Positions 43,913-53,803 of a stretch of DNA of 64,000 nucleotides are shown one piece after another. The first letter of the stretch is position 1; each line of letters starts with the position of its first letter. Both the position numbers and the translations under genes were made by a program. The stretch is from Minisyncoccota bacterium (lineage in GTDB: Bacteria; Patescibacteriota; Minisyncoccia; Phycocordibacterales; UBA9973), in the NCBI GenBank assembly GCA_041664605.1, contig JBAYKO010000001.1:9220-73219 (forward strand), in the 5' to 3' direction. A model generated the notes under the pieces. The model saw only the letters and a list, made by a program, of their open reading frames with translations. It searched no databases and was not told the origin of the DNA.

Positions 43913-45082
43913 TTACTTTTTTCTTCTTAAAAAAGCGGGGACAGCGTTCCAATCATCTTGGTCGTCTTCAACTATTTCTGCCTCATCTTCTATTTTTATT
44001 TCGATTTTTTTAGGAAATTCAGGTGTTTCTGGTAGGGAATTATGAATTTCCTTTTTTTCTTCTCTCGTAATACTAGTAGGAGATTGATATTGTTGGAATA
44101 GAGTTTTTTTAGGTAATTCATCTGGAGTAAATCCAAACCCAGTAGCAATAACTGTAACTTTAACTTCACCCTTTTTTAGTCTATCATCTTTTATTGTTCC
44201 AAAAATAACTTTTGCATCTTTGTCGATTGATTCTGTAATAATTTTTGCGATATCCTGAATTTCGTGAATTGTTAAATCTTCACCACCAGAAATGGCAAAT
44301 AAAACTCCTTTCGCACCGTTTATGGATATTTCAAGCAGGGGAGAATTAATTGCTTGTAAGGCAGCCTTTTCAGCTCTATTTTCTCCTGCTCCATAACCAA
44401 TTCCCATTAAAGCAGATCCAGCATTAGACATAATTGCTTTTATATCAGCGAAGTCAACATTGATTATTCCCGGCATAGTTATCAAATCAGAAATTCCTTC
44501 AACTGCTTGTTTTAAAATTTCATCACACATTGCGAAAGCATCACCGAAACTTGTTTGTTTGTCTGCAACAGAAAGAAGTCTGTCATTTGGTATAACAATA
44601 ATAGCATCAACTTCATTTCGTAATTCATCTAATCCTTGTTCAGCTAGTTTCATTCTTTGTGATCCCTCAAAAAAGAATGGTTTTGTGATTACTGCAACAG
44701 TTAGAATTCCTTGTTCTTTGGCTAATTTTGCCACAACAGGAGTAGCACCAGTTCCAGTACCTCCACCCATACCACAAGTTATAAAAACCATATCTGCACC
44801 TTTTACTGCATCTTGAATTTCAGCTTTGGTTTCTTCCGCTGCCTTTTTTCCTGTTTCTGGATTCATTCCAGTACCAAGACCTTTTGTTAGGTTTTTTCCT
44901 ATGTGAATTTTTTTATCTGCAAGAGAGTGATGTAAGTCTTGAGTGTCAGTATTCATTACAATGAATTCAACACCTTTAACTTTTGCGCTGACCATGTGGT
45001 TTGTAGCATTCTTTCCTGAACCTCCAACACCAATAACCTTGATTCGTGCAAATGATTCTATTTCTGGATTTACTTTAGGCAT
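43913..45082 (-). CDS. ftsZ: cell division GTPase FtsZ
   Basis: IKVIGVGGSGKN and the GGGTGTG tubulin signature. Confidence 0.9.
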   Translation of the reverse strand: MPKVNPEIESFARIKVIGVGGSGKNATNHMVSAKVKGVEFIVMNTDTQDLHHSLADKKIHIGKNLTKGLGTGMNPETGKKAAEETKAEIQDAVKGADMVFITCGMGGGTGTGATPVVAKLAKEQGILTVAVITKPFFFEGSQRMKLAEQGLDELRNEVDAIIVIPNDRLLSVADKQTSFGDAFAMCDEILKQAVEGISDLITMPGIINVDFADIKAIMSNAGSALMGIGYGAGENRAEKAALQAINSPLLEISINGAKGVLFAISGGEDLTIHEIQDIAKIITESIDKDAKVIFGTIKDDRLKKGEVKVTVIATGFGFTPDELPKKTLFQQYQSPTSITREEKKEIHNSLPETPEFPKKIEIKIEDEAEIVEDDQDDWNAVPAFLRRKK

Positions 45083-45175
45083 AATGTTTTAGCTTTAGAG
45101 CTAAAAAGCTTGGGAGCTTTAAAGCTTCTTTATAATAAATAATACACAATCATAATAACAGAAACAAAAAAAAAG

Positions 45176-45197
45176 AAAACCCCCGAAAAAGGGGGTT
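45176..45197 (-). terminator. intrinsic terminator for ftsZ
   Basis: cccccgaaaaaggggg with a minus-strand U-tail. Confidence 0.65.
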
Positions 45198-45239
45198 AAA
45201 TAGGGGAGTTTTTAGCTAGGTTTTTAGACAAAAAAATCA

Positions 45240-45268
45240 AAACCCCGCGAATGCGGGGTTTTTGTCAA
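45240..45268. terminator. bidirectional terminator hairpin
   Basis: aaaaccccgcgaatgcggggttttt. Confidence 0.65.
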
Positions 45269-45284
45269 ATGTGGTTAATCTTAT

Positions 45285-45716
45285 TTAGTCAGATATTCTA
45301 TACAGACTATTTGAAACTTTTCTGTATCTTCCGACAGGTGAACTTCCGAATTCACTGAAAAAATCTGAGGGCAAAATCCACATAAATATGTCGTGATCTT
45401 TTTCTCCGATTTTTACGACACACAACATCTCTTTGGTCTTTGAATTAGGATCTTCTTTTGTTTTAAGATGATACTTGATCCTTAAAAAAATATTATCGTT
45501 AATGTCAGAGACCAAATAATATTCTTTTTTTCTTTCCCAAAATGATCCCCCAATGGCAGCACTAAAAATGCCCAATATGCAAATAACTAACATTACATCT
45601 CTGTTGATTGTTATCAATTCGCAAAGATAACAGTAAATAAAAATTATAATCAATAAGGCCACTAAAAGAAGGACTAATCCTACTTTCTTTTCTTTTGTTA
45701 ATTTCATAGAACTCAT
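45285..45716 (-). CDS. hypothetical membrane protein
   Basis: 143 aa with two N-terminal TM helices. Confidence 0.4.
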   Translation of the reverse strand: MSSMKLTKEKKVGLVLLLVALLIIIFIYCYLCELITINRDVMLVICILGIFSAAIGGSFWERKKEYYLVSDINDNIFLRIKYHLKTKEDPNSKTKEMLCVVKIGEKDHDIFMWILPSDFFSEFGSSPVGRYRKVSNSLYRISD

Positions 45717-45865
45717 ATTAAAAATTTTCTGCCTTAGTTATATCAGATTATTAAAATTTGTCAATCCGACACACCAAGTAAACTAAGTGTGTGAATAATA
45801 AATAAAAAACACCTCTTTTAAAGGTATTTTCACTAGAACCTAACCCCTAGAAACTACAACCTAAT

Positions 45866-47035
45866 TTATGGCATCAATTGTTGAAAAATCGAGTTGAAGA
45901 ATTTTTTTGTTTTTCTTATAACTTCATTTGCGCCACCACCAGAAATTTCTTTATCAGAAATATCTCCACCCTCAGCAACACATAATCCATAAGCAACAAA
46001 CCAAGAAGTGTCTTTGAGTTTATTTTTTGAATAACCATCTTCAACACCACCAATTCTTGAAGGAAGTTTTAACATACTCTTTGAGAGTTCTTCAATTGTT
46101 GAAATATGTGAACCTCCACCCGTGATAATAATTCCAGCTGGCAAGAGCCCATTTCTTTTTAGCTTCTTTAAATGAATTTCTACTAATTCAAATATATCTG
46201 ACAAACGAGCGTCTATTATTTCGGTAAGTTTTTTTCTAGGGAAATCACCAATAATACTTCCAATTTTTAAACTCTCAGCTTCTTCAAGAGGAATTTTAAA
46301 ACCAAGAGCAATGTCGTTTGTTATTTGAGTTGATCCTACATTAAAAACATAGAGAGAAATTAAATTATTATTTTCAAAAACAGCCAAGGAGACAGTCTCA
46401 GCTCCTATGTCTATCAAGGCACAACCAGCTGTTTTTTGTCTTTCACTTAAAACAACAGCACTAGAGGCAAGAGGGGATGCGATTATGTCTCCGACTTCAA
46501 CTCCCGCTTCTCTGACAGCTAAAATAAGATTTTCTAAGTGTTGTTCAAGACATGTTACAAAAAGTGTTTTAACTTCAAGTTTTAAACCTTTCATTCCTTC
46601 AGGCTTTCCGAGAATTTCTTTTCCGTCCAATTTATATTCAATAGGAATGTTGTGGATTATTTTTTTATTTGGAATTTTAAGATTTTCTTCGCTTAGATTT
46701 ATAGCTTTTATAATATCAAGAGTAGTAACTTCGTCATTAGCTTTCGATATAACTGCATCCCCAGTACTTGTTTCAGAACTTAAGCTTATTCCGCCTATGG
46801 AAACAACAGCCCTCTTAATCTTTATTCCTGAATTTTTCTCCGCTTCGTTAACAGCTTTTTTTATACCTTTTGAAGCTTCAGTATGATTTGTAACATAACC
46901 ATGGCGAAGACCTCTCGATGGGCTTATTCCCGTGCCAATTACTTTCGGTACAGATTCATTTTTTAGATATTCACAAACAACAACTCTTGTTGAGTATGTT
47001 CCAACATCTATTCCAACTGATATTTTTCTTATCAT
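45866..47035 (-). CDS. ftsA: cell division protein FtsA
   Basis: actin-like fold GIDVGTYSTRVVV ... IIITGGGSH. Confidence 0.85.
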   Translation of the reverse strand: MIRKISVGIDVGTYSTRVVVCEYLKNESVPKVIGTGISPSRGLRHGYVTNHTEASKGIKKAVNEAEKNSGIKIKRAVVSIGGISLSSETSTGDAVISKANDEVTTLDIIKAINLSEENLKIPNKKIIHNIPIEYKLDGKEILGKPEGMKGLKLEVKTLFVTCLEQHLENLILAVREAGVEVGDIIASPLASSAVVLSERQKTAGCALIDIGAETVSLAVFENNNLISLYVFNVGSTQITNDIALGFKIPLEEAESLKIGSIIGDFPRKKLTEIIDARLSDIFELVEIHLKKLKRNGLLPAGIIITGGGSHISTIEELSKSMLKLPSRIGGVEDGYSKNKLKDTSWFVAYGLCVAEGGDISDKEISGGGANEVIRKTKKFFNSIFQQLMP

Positions 47036-47077
47036 GACTGATTTTCTTATGAGTGGAACGATTTAGAAAATCGTCAC

Positions 47078-47181
47078 CCAGCACATAAATTTATTTGTTG
47101 TTATTTAATTTTATAATACCACTAAAATGATTTAGACTCTTGTACATAAATTTCATATAGTACATAAATTTATGTGCTGGG
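47078..47181. promoter_or_regulatory. operator-like repeats of the palindrome ACATAAATTTATGT upstream of ftsA
   Basis: cacccagcacataaatttat at 47078..47098, gtacataaattt twice, and the inverted copy acataaatttatgtgctgggt at 47162..47182. Confidence 0.45.
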
Positions 47182-47218
47182 TTAAGAAAAATATATTTCG
47201 CTTCGCTTCATTATTTTT

Positions 47219-47617
47219 CTAAACTTTAAGAATTTTTCCAAATTTTTCTTCCTCACTTTCCATTTTACTACTATGTTTGAATCCTTTCAAATGCAGTAAA
47301 CCGTGGATAAGTAAAAATTGAAGAAAATTTGTCGAAGTGCGGTTGAAATCTTTTGCTTGCCTTTTGACTTCTTGCATACAAAAAATAATTTCCCCGTCTT
47401 TTTTTGAAAGAGGGAAGCTTAATATATCTGTTGGTTCATTTTTTTTACAATAAGTTTTGTTTAATTCACAAATCACTTTTGGAGACACGAAAGCAACACT
47501 TAATTCATATTCTTTCCCTAAAATAGTGTCTTTAAATTTAGAAAAAGACAAGCGTGGTAGCTTGCCTTTTGTCGTATTTTTTATAAAAACCTTTTTTTGA
47601 TTTTTGGGGTTGGTCAT
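47219..47617 (-). CDS. ybeY: rRNA maturation endoribonuclease YbeY
   Basis: HGLLHLKGFKH zinc-binding H3xH5xH motif. Confidence 0.8.
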   Translation of the reverse strand: MTNPKNQKKVFIKNTTKGKLPRLSFSKFKDTILGKEYELSVAFVSPKVICELNKTYCKKNEPTDILSFPLSKKDGEIIFCMQEVKRQAKDFNRTSTNFLQFLLIHGLLHLKGFKHSSKMESEEEKFGKILKV

Positions 47618-47623
47618 TTATGT

Positions 47624-47851
47624 TTAAGCGATTTTTCCCATTTTTCTCAATTTTTCATTCACCTTTCTTTTTGCTAGTCTCTTTAATGCGCCCTTTTTGA
47701 GTGTAAGTTTTGATTCAGCTCTTTCATTGTATCTTTTTGATCTAGCCTTTTGTAAAACTTGGGATTCTTGAACACGCTTTGAGAATCTTCTAATAAGACT
47801 CGCATTGTTTTCATTTTGGTTTTTCTTTACTTCAATGTTTATGTTTTTCAT
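47624..47851 (-). CDS. rpsU: 30S ribosomal protein bS21
   Basis: SLIRRFSKRVQESQVLQKARSKRYNE...LKRLAKRK follows the S21 pattern. Confidence 0.7.
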   Translation of the reverse strand: MKNINIEVKKNQNENNASLIRRFSKRVQESQVLQKARSKRYNERAESKLTLKKGALKRLAKRKVNEKLRKMGKIA

Positions 47852-48400
47852 ACAAGGGAAATCTTATCATGAAATATGAAAATAGGCAACAAAAAGGGCT
47901 ACATCGTAGCCCTTTAATCTTATTAAGGATTTTTTACACCTTTGCGAAAGTCTTGCTTTCGCAAAGGTAGTAGGTGATATAAAAACACGGATGGCCTTAA
48001 TAGAAGTTTGCGAAAGCAAGACTTTCGCAGACTTTAAATTTTAATATATTGATATAAAAATAGAAAAAAGACTGCAATGCAGTCTTTTTCAATGAACCGA
48101 CAGAAAGCTATCTTTTAAGTGATTTAATAAAATCATTAAGTGATATCAGTGTGTCAATTGTGGTAGCACAACCCAGATTTTCTGTTAAATTTTTAACCTT
48201 CTTTTGCCCCTTTTCTGCTTCTTGGGGAGAAAATGGACCAATAACTATTATTTTGCCGTTTGGCATGGAGAACAAAAGAACTTTGTTTTTCATAAGATAT
48301 GAATTTAAAAAATCTAAATACATTGTATCACATAGAATATATTTGTCAATATTAAAGAAAAGGACCGACCTTTATACAAAGGTCGGCCCTCTGTATTCTT

Positions 48401-50317
48401 CTAAAGAATATCTTCCGGATCCACTTGAATACTAAAAGCAGGGGGTAGGGAATTTAATTTTTCCCATAAATTTTCATCAAAATTGCCTTTTCTTAATGAT
48501 TCAAGAGTCCAAAGGTTTCTGTCTATTTTTATAACCATATTTATAATGTGAAGTCCTTTAATTTTAGCGACGAAAGCGTGAAAGATGTCTGGTTTATATT
48601 CTTCAAACATTTCTTTCAAAATAATTTTTTCCTTTTCAACAGCTTCCTTTTTTCCGCGATAACTAACTTTTATAATTGTTTTAAATGGTGGATAACCAAA
48701 CTTTTGTCTTTCTTCGATTTCGTCTCTGTAAACTTGGCTTAAATTTCCACTCATAATGTGTCTCAATATTTTTTCATCAGCATTTCTGGTTTGGATCAAT
48801 AGTTTTTTGTCAGTATGAAGAATCAAAGATGAGACAAGATTTAATATTTTTTCATTCATTTTAAAATTAGGAATACTAAAAAGAGAATCAAAAGAAATGA
48901 TGGCTGTGTAATCGATTTCATTTAAATAAAATAAAGCCATTTCTGTACCAACCAAAACTCCACCTTTAGTTTTATAAAACTGATCAATTATTTTTTCCGC
49001 CTGTAAACTTGTTTTAGCCTTTTCTTTATCCAAGCGAAAGGCTTTTATACTCTTAAATTTCTTTTTTATTTCCTCAAAGACGAGCTCAGTTCCAATTCCA
49101 AGTGGTGTCATATTCCAACTTCCGCAATTTACACAGCTAGTATCAGAAGCTTTTTGTTTTTTACATTTATTGCAATAAAATATTCGTCCATTTTTTTCTG
49201 TATTTTTAAGAACAAGTGGAGTTTGGCAAAAATCACAAAAAAGAGGATTACTGCAATCATGGCAGACTGTTATTGGGGCTAAACCCTTTCTTAAAGTGAA
49301 TAAGAATATTTTTTTATTTTCTTTTATTGATTTTGAGATTAAGTCTATAACTTCATTGCTTAAAATAGAAAATTTAGTATCCTCATCTTTTTTCATATCA
49401 ATAATTTCTAAATCTGAATTTTGGGGAACTCTAAAAGAAATAGGAGAAATTTCATTAAATTCAAAATTATCATGTCTCCAAATAGTTTCCATTCTAAGAA
49501 ATGTATCAGCAAGTATTAATTTTACTTTTAGTTTGTAAGATAAAAATTCTACAAAAGTTCGTGTGTCTATAAATGGTCGTGTCAGTGATTTGTGAGAAGG
49601 GGAACTTTCTCGCTCTAGAACAATAGCCCCGATATCATTTCTTGGAATAAATAAGAATTGACTAGTAGCGATAATGAGTACAGGATGATCTTCTTTGATA
49701 ACTTTATTATATTTTTCTAGAAGTTTTTTATCTGGAACATCACTATGAAATACATAAACATAATTTTCTATTCCTTTCTGAATATTTTCGGCAAAAAATT
49801 CGATATCACTAATCGTTGGTAAACATAAAAATACAGAAGTTTTTTTAGCGAATGATTCACGGATAAAAGTTTTATAAAAAGAAATACGATCTTCAAGAGG
49901 AGCTTGGAAAATTAATTTTTCTTGCTTTAAAATAGCCCTATCCCTTTGTATTTCTTTATATTCGAGTTTTTGGAGTTTGTCATAATTTTTTAAATAAATC
50001 GCCGGAAGAAAAGAGTTTATTATTTGACCAGTTTGTCCAATAAAATATTTTTTTGTTTCTTCGCAGGCTTTAAAAAATTCTGGTAAGAAAAAAGATGGGC
50101 CAATAATTTTTTCAATTTTCTTTAAATTATATGTTGCGGTTTTAACTTCAGATTTTGATTTACTAGCATCTTCAACAGAAACAACCAATGCATTAACTAA
50201 TTTATTGCGAATTTTAATAGATACGATCATACCCACCTCTATTTCTAGAGCACTGAAATATGTGAGGGTTTCTTTTTGAATTCCCTTTGTGAGAGGTGTG
50301 ATTGTGACGATTTTCAT
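48401..50317 (-). CDS. priA: primosomal protein N' (PriA) homolog with degenerate helicase motifs
   Basis: N-terminal 3'-DNA-binding domain; zinc region CHDCSNPLFCDFC...CNKC...CVNC aligns with PriA. At the Walker A position it has LEDRISFY instead of GSGKT. At the Walker B position it has IVLERES instead of IVIDEEH. Confidence 0.65.
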   Translation of the reverse strand: MKIVTITPLTKGIQKETLTYFSALEIEVGMIVSIKIRNKLVNALVVSVEDASKSKSEVKTATYNLKKIEKIIGPSFFLPEFFKACEETKKYFIGQTGQIINSFLPAIYLKNYDKLQKLEYKEIQRDRAILKQEKLIFQAPLEDRISFYKTFIRESFAKKTSVFLCLPTISDIEFFAENIQKGIENYVYVFHSDVPDKKLLEKYNKVIKEDHPVLIIATSQFLFIPRNDIGAIVLERESSPSHKSLTRPFIDTRTFVEFLSYKLKVKLILADTFLRMETIWRHDNFEFNEISPISFRVPQNSDLEIIDMKKDEDTKFSILSNEVIDLISKSIKENKKIFLFTLRKGLAPITVCHDCSNPLFCDFCQTPLVLKNTEKNGRIFYCNKCKKQKASDTSCVNCGSWNMTPLGIGTELVFEEIKKKFKSIKAFRLDKEKAKTSLQAEKIIDQFYKTKGGVLVGTEMALFYLNEIDYTAIISFDSLFSIPNFKMNEKILNLVSSLILHTDKKLLIQTRNADEKILRHIMSGNLSQVYRDEIEERQKFGYPPFKTIIKVSYRGKKEAVEKEKIILKEMFEEYKPDIFHAFVAKIKGLHIINMVIKIDRNLWTLESLRKGNFDENLWEKLNSLPPAFSIQVDPEDIL

Positions 50318-50498
50318 CCCGTTAGAAATAGGAAATGCCTAAACAAGTAGCTGTTTTGGCATTTCCAAAGTTTATTAATGGTTCTGTTAAATTTATTGAT
50401 TTCATTTTAATTTTAATGTTTATATAAATATATCAACTGATTGATTTCTAACGGGATTCATTATTTATAGATTAGCATAATAAAAAGAAGCTTTTTAC

Positions 50499-51056
50499 TT
50501 GACTTTTAGGTTTATTGTGATAGAATCTGGTCAGAGTTATTTTAAAAGTCTGTATATGAAAATATCAAAACAAATTTTGGTTTCAATTGCCCAAATCTTT
50601 ATGATCTCAGGATACTGGTTGGGTATTATGAGTATTAAAATTGGTAAATTTTTTGCCAAGCAATGGGATAAGTGGATAAAGATTACTCTAATTTTTACTT
50701 CAGCCATTGTGTGTATCCTTACTCCTCTATCTTTTTTTATAGAGGGGTTAGATCATCTATTCATACTTATTGAAAAAGGAGAAATGGACATGGGTATTTA
50801 TGTTAATGCAAGAGTATTTTTACTTGTTGCTGTTTTTTTAATTTTTACACTTTTATCTTTCCGTAGAGAATACGGGAAACTAATTTTGTTTTTCTTTGCG
50901 TCAATGTTTGTTAGTCTTCTTTTGGGGTTTATCTTAATAAACCTTTTTGAGATTAAAGATATTTTCACATTTTGGAAATTTGGTTTTCTAATATTTTCGA
51001 CGTTTGGGATGATTATCCCTACGATATGTGAAGCAAAAAGAGCGAATATAAGATGA
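50499..51056 (+). CDS. hypothetical membrane protein
   Basis: 185 aa with about 5 TM helices. Confidence 0.4.
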   Translation: MTFRFIVIESGQSYFKSLYMKISKQILVSIAQIFMISGYWLGIMSIKIGKFFAKQWDKWIKITLIFTSAIVCILTPLSFFIEGLDHLFILIEKGEMDMGIYVNARVFLLVAVFLIFTLLSFRREYGKLILFFFASMFVSLLLGFILINLFEIKDIFTFWKFGFLIFSTFGMIIPTICEAKRANIR

Positions 51057-51096
51057 AAGACTTTTTTACAGAAAACCCGCCATACGGCGGGTTTTG

Positions 51097-51735
51097 TTAT
51101 ATCATTTTTAACCAACATTTTAACCAACAAAAGAACATAGAATATAAATTTTCTACCGTTCCCATTTCATAACAGACTGCAATGAATGGGTTTTCTTCCC
51201 AGCAGTCATCCATGGATACAAACCGCAAAAATTTTGCGTGATCACTCTTTTTTTCACCCTCTTTCATTCTGTTTCTGTCGAAGAAATTTACACAAGGAAA
51301 AGAATCTCCCCTGAATGTATTCTTAATAGAATAATTCATTGTGATAATTTTTTTATCAGGAGTTGTTTTTTGATCACAGAAAATTAGAAATTCTAACAAA
51401 TTAAGATTTCTGTATCCCTTCTTAAATATTCTTTGATTAATCAGGGGTGGTTTTTCTCTATACTTAGCAACTTCTTTAAAAGGGATTAATTCTACCAGCA
51501 AAAACTTCTTTGCCGATAGTTTTTTCCATTTTTGTTCATTTTCAAAACCTGAAGGAATGTGTCCATTGTTTATTTTTTCAATGAGTTCTATAACCCCCAT
51601 TTTTTTTGTGGTAAACATTATAAAATCTTCTGTCCTTTCTTTTGTTTTTATTACTAGAAGTCTTTTGTAATAAAAATAACCAGCCGTAATAGTCCAAGTT
51701 AAAGTAATTGCTATAAGTATTATTAGTACATTCAT
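51097..51735 (-). CDS. hypothetical protein with an N-terminal TM anchor
   Basis: 212-aa ORF. Confidence 0.4.
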   Translation of the reverse strand: MNVLIILIAITLTWTITAGYFYYKRLLVIKTKERTEDFIMFTTKKMGVIELIEKINNGHIPSGFENEQKWKKLSAKKFLLVELIPFKEVAKYREKPPLINQRIFKKGYRNLNLLEFLIFCDQKTTPDKKIITMNYSIKNTFRGDSFPCVNFFDRNRMKEGEKKSDHAKFLRFVSMDDCWEENPFIAVCYEMGTVENLYSMFFCWLKCWLKMI

Positions 51736-51870
51736 GGTTTTTAAGATCTTTTTATTTTCTGCCTCAATTATACATTTTTAAAATAAAAAACAAGTCAAAA
51801 GGCCGTTTGGTTTGTACGTTTTCTTTTGGATTTTTTATGGTATAATCGCTTTGATAAAACTATTAAATTT

Positions 51871-52884
51871 ATGGGAATTTTTGTTAAAAAACTAGGAATA
51901 GATTTAGGCACTGCAAACACCCTCGTTTTCGTTCCGGGAAAGGGGATAATTTTAAACGAACCATCCGTGGTGGCTGTTTCAGAACAAGATAATAAAATTT
52001 TGGCTATTGGAGTTGAAGCAAAAGAAATGATTGGAAAAACCCCCGACAGTATTATTGCTTATCGTCCAATGAAAGATGGAGTGATTGCAGATTATAGAGT
52101 TACAGAAGCGATGCTTCGATATTTTATAAACAAAGCGCTCGGCTCATTTAACATTTTTAGACCAGATGTAATGATTTCAGTTCCAGCTGGAGTTACTTCA
52201 ACAGAAAGAAGAGCGGTTGTGGAGGCAGCAATTAAAGCTGGAGCAAAGAATGCTTATGTCGTTAAAGAACCAATTTTGGCAGCAATCGGTGCGGGTATTC
52301 CAATTCATGAATCAAAAGGCCACATGGTGGTAGATATTGGTGGTGGAACAACAGATGTTGCAGTGATTTCATTGGGAGGAATTGTAGCTTGTACTTCTGT
52401 TAAGTGTGCTGGAAATAAAGTTGATCAAGCTATCGCGGATTATATAAAGAAAAATTTCAACTTAGCAATTGGAGACAAAACTGCCGAAGAAGTAAAAATA
52501 AAAATTGGTGCCGCTATTCCACTTGAAGAAGAACTTGCACTAACTATAAAAGGTAGAGATTTTATTCATGGTCTTCCAAGGTCTGCCAGAATCACAACTA
52601 ACGAAATTGTTAAGGCTATTAATCAAGAACTTAATCAAATGATAAAAGCCATAAAAGATGTGTTACAAGAAACTCCACCCGAACTCGCATCAGACATTAT
52701 TGATCACGGAATAATCATGACAGGTGGTTCATCTCAAATAAGGAATCTATGTGATCTTGTTTATAGAAAAACGGGGGTTAAGGCATATCTTGCTGAAGAC
52801 CCGTTATATTGTGTAGTAAAGGGAACAGGTATTGCCTTAAATCACCTAGATGTTTACAAAAAAACAATAATAAGTAAAAAATAA
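51871..52884 (+). CDS. mreB: rod shape-determining protein MreB
   Basis: LGIDLGTANTLVF and the actin-like ATPase motifs. Confidence 0.85.
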   Translation: MGIFVKKLGIDLGTANTLVFVPGKGIILNEPSVVAVSEQDNKILAIGVEAKEMIGKTPDSIIAYRPMKDGVIADYRVTEAMLRYFINKALGSFNIFRPDVMISVPAGVTSTERRAVVEAAIKAGAKNAYVVKEPILAAIGAGIPIHESKGHMVVDIGGGTTDVAVISLGGIVACTSVKCAGNKVDQAIADYIKKNFNLAIGDKTAEEVKIKIGAAIPLEEELALTIKGRDFIHGLPRSARITTNEIVKAINQELNQMIKAIKDVLQETPPELASDIIDHGIIMTGGSSQIRNLCDLVYRKTGVKAYLAEDPLYCVVKGTGIALNHLDVYKKTIISKK

Positions 52885-52931
52885 TCTATTCTACAATTCT
52901 ATAGAATTATAGAATAGATTTGAAATTTTAA

Positions 52932-53654
52932 ATGCAATTAAATTTAGAAGAAAATAATCTTCATCATGCTTATCTTATAGAAGGGGATAAGAATTCTATT
53001 ATTCCACTTATTTTTGATTTTATAAAAAGTATGGGAATTGAAACAGAAGGAAATGGAGATATTTGGTATCAAGAAATAAAAACTTTAAACATAGAAGGTA
53101 GTCACCAAATAAAAGCAAGACAAATAGAAAGAGGTTTGATGGGTGGTAAAAAGTTTTTTATTTTTGCTATTGATTTTTTTACCAGAGATGCAGAACAAGC
53201 ATTACTAAAGGTTTTTGAGGAACCAGCAGAAAATGTTCACTTTTTCATAATTACTCCGACGACTGACTTTCTTTTAGAGACATTAAAATCTAGATTTGTT
53301 TTAATAAAATCAGATGAAGAAAAATTTATTTCGGACGATATAAAAAATTTAGCAAAAAAAATAATTGAATCTTCTCAAAAAGAAAGACTTGATTTAGTAG
53401 GAAAATTTATTAAGAAATATGAAGAAGAAGAAATCCACGCGTATATGAGAAGTGATTCTACTAACCTTTTAAATATGATTGAAAAAGAATATTACGAAAA
53501 ATCTGACCCACGCCAAGGCGGGGCAGGCAAAAATTTTTCAAAAGACCAGATTTTTCTTTTTGATGAATTAATTAAGGTAAAAAATTATTTAAATGATAAA
53601 GGTTCATCAGCTAAAATGCTTTTAGAACATATTGTTTTAATTTTACCTAAATAA
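52932..53654 (+). CDS. holB: DNA polymerase III delta'-like clamp-loader subunit
   Basis: HHAYLIEG, ALLKVFEEP and SRF-like TLKSRF motifs. Confidence 0.6.
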   Translation: MQLNLEENNLHHAYLIEGDKNSIIPLIFDFIKSMGIETEGNGDIWYQEIKTLNIEGSHQIKARQIERGLMGGKKFFIFAIDFFTRDAEQALLKVFEEPAENVHFFIITPTTDFLLETLKSRFVLIKSDEEKFISDDIKNLAKKIIESSQKERLDLVGKFIKKYEEEEIHAYMRSDSTNLLNMIEKEYYEKSDPRQGGAGKNFSKDQIFLFDELIKVKNYLNDKGSSAKMLLEHIVLILPK

Positions 53655-53803
53655 AAGAATAAAAACAGAAATTTATAAAAACAGAAGGGCTAATTCCCTC
53701 CAAAGGCGGGCAGGCGCTCTAATTAGCCCACCTGTTTTTACTTGACAAATAGTTTATTGTCTGATAAGATTTAGGCAGAAAAAATGTTCTAAATATATTT
53801 AAT

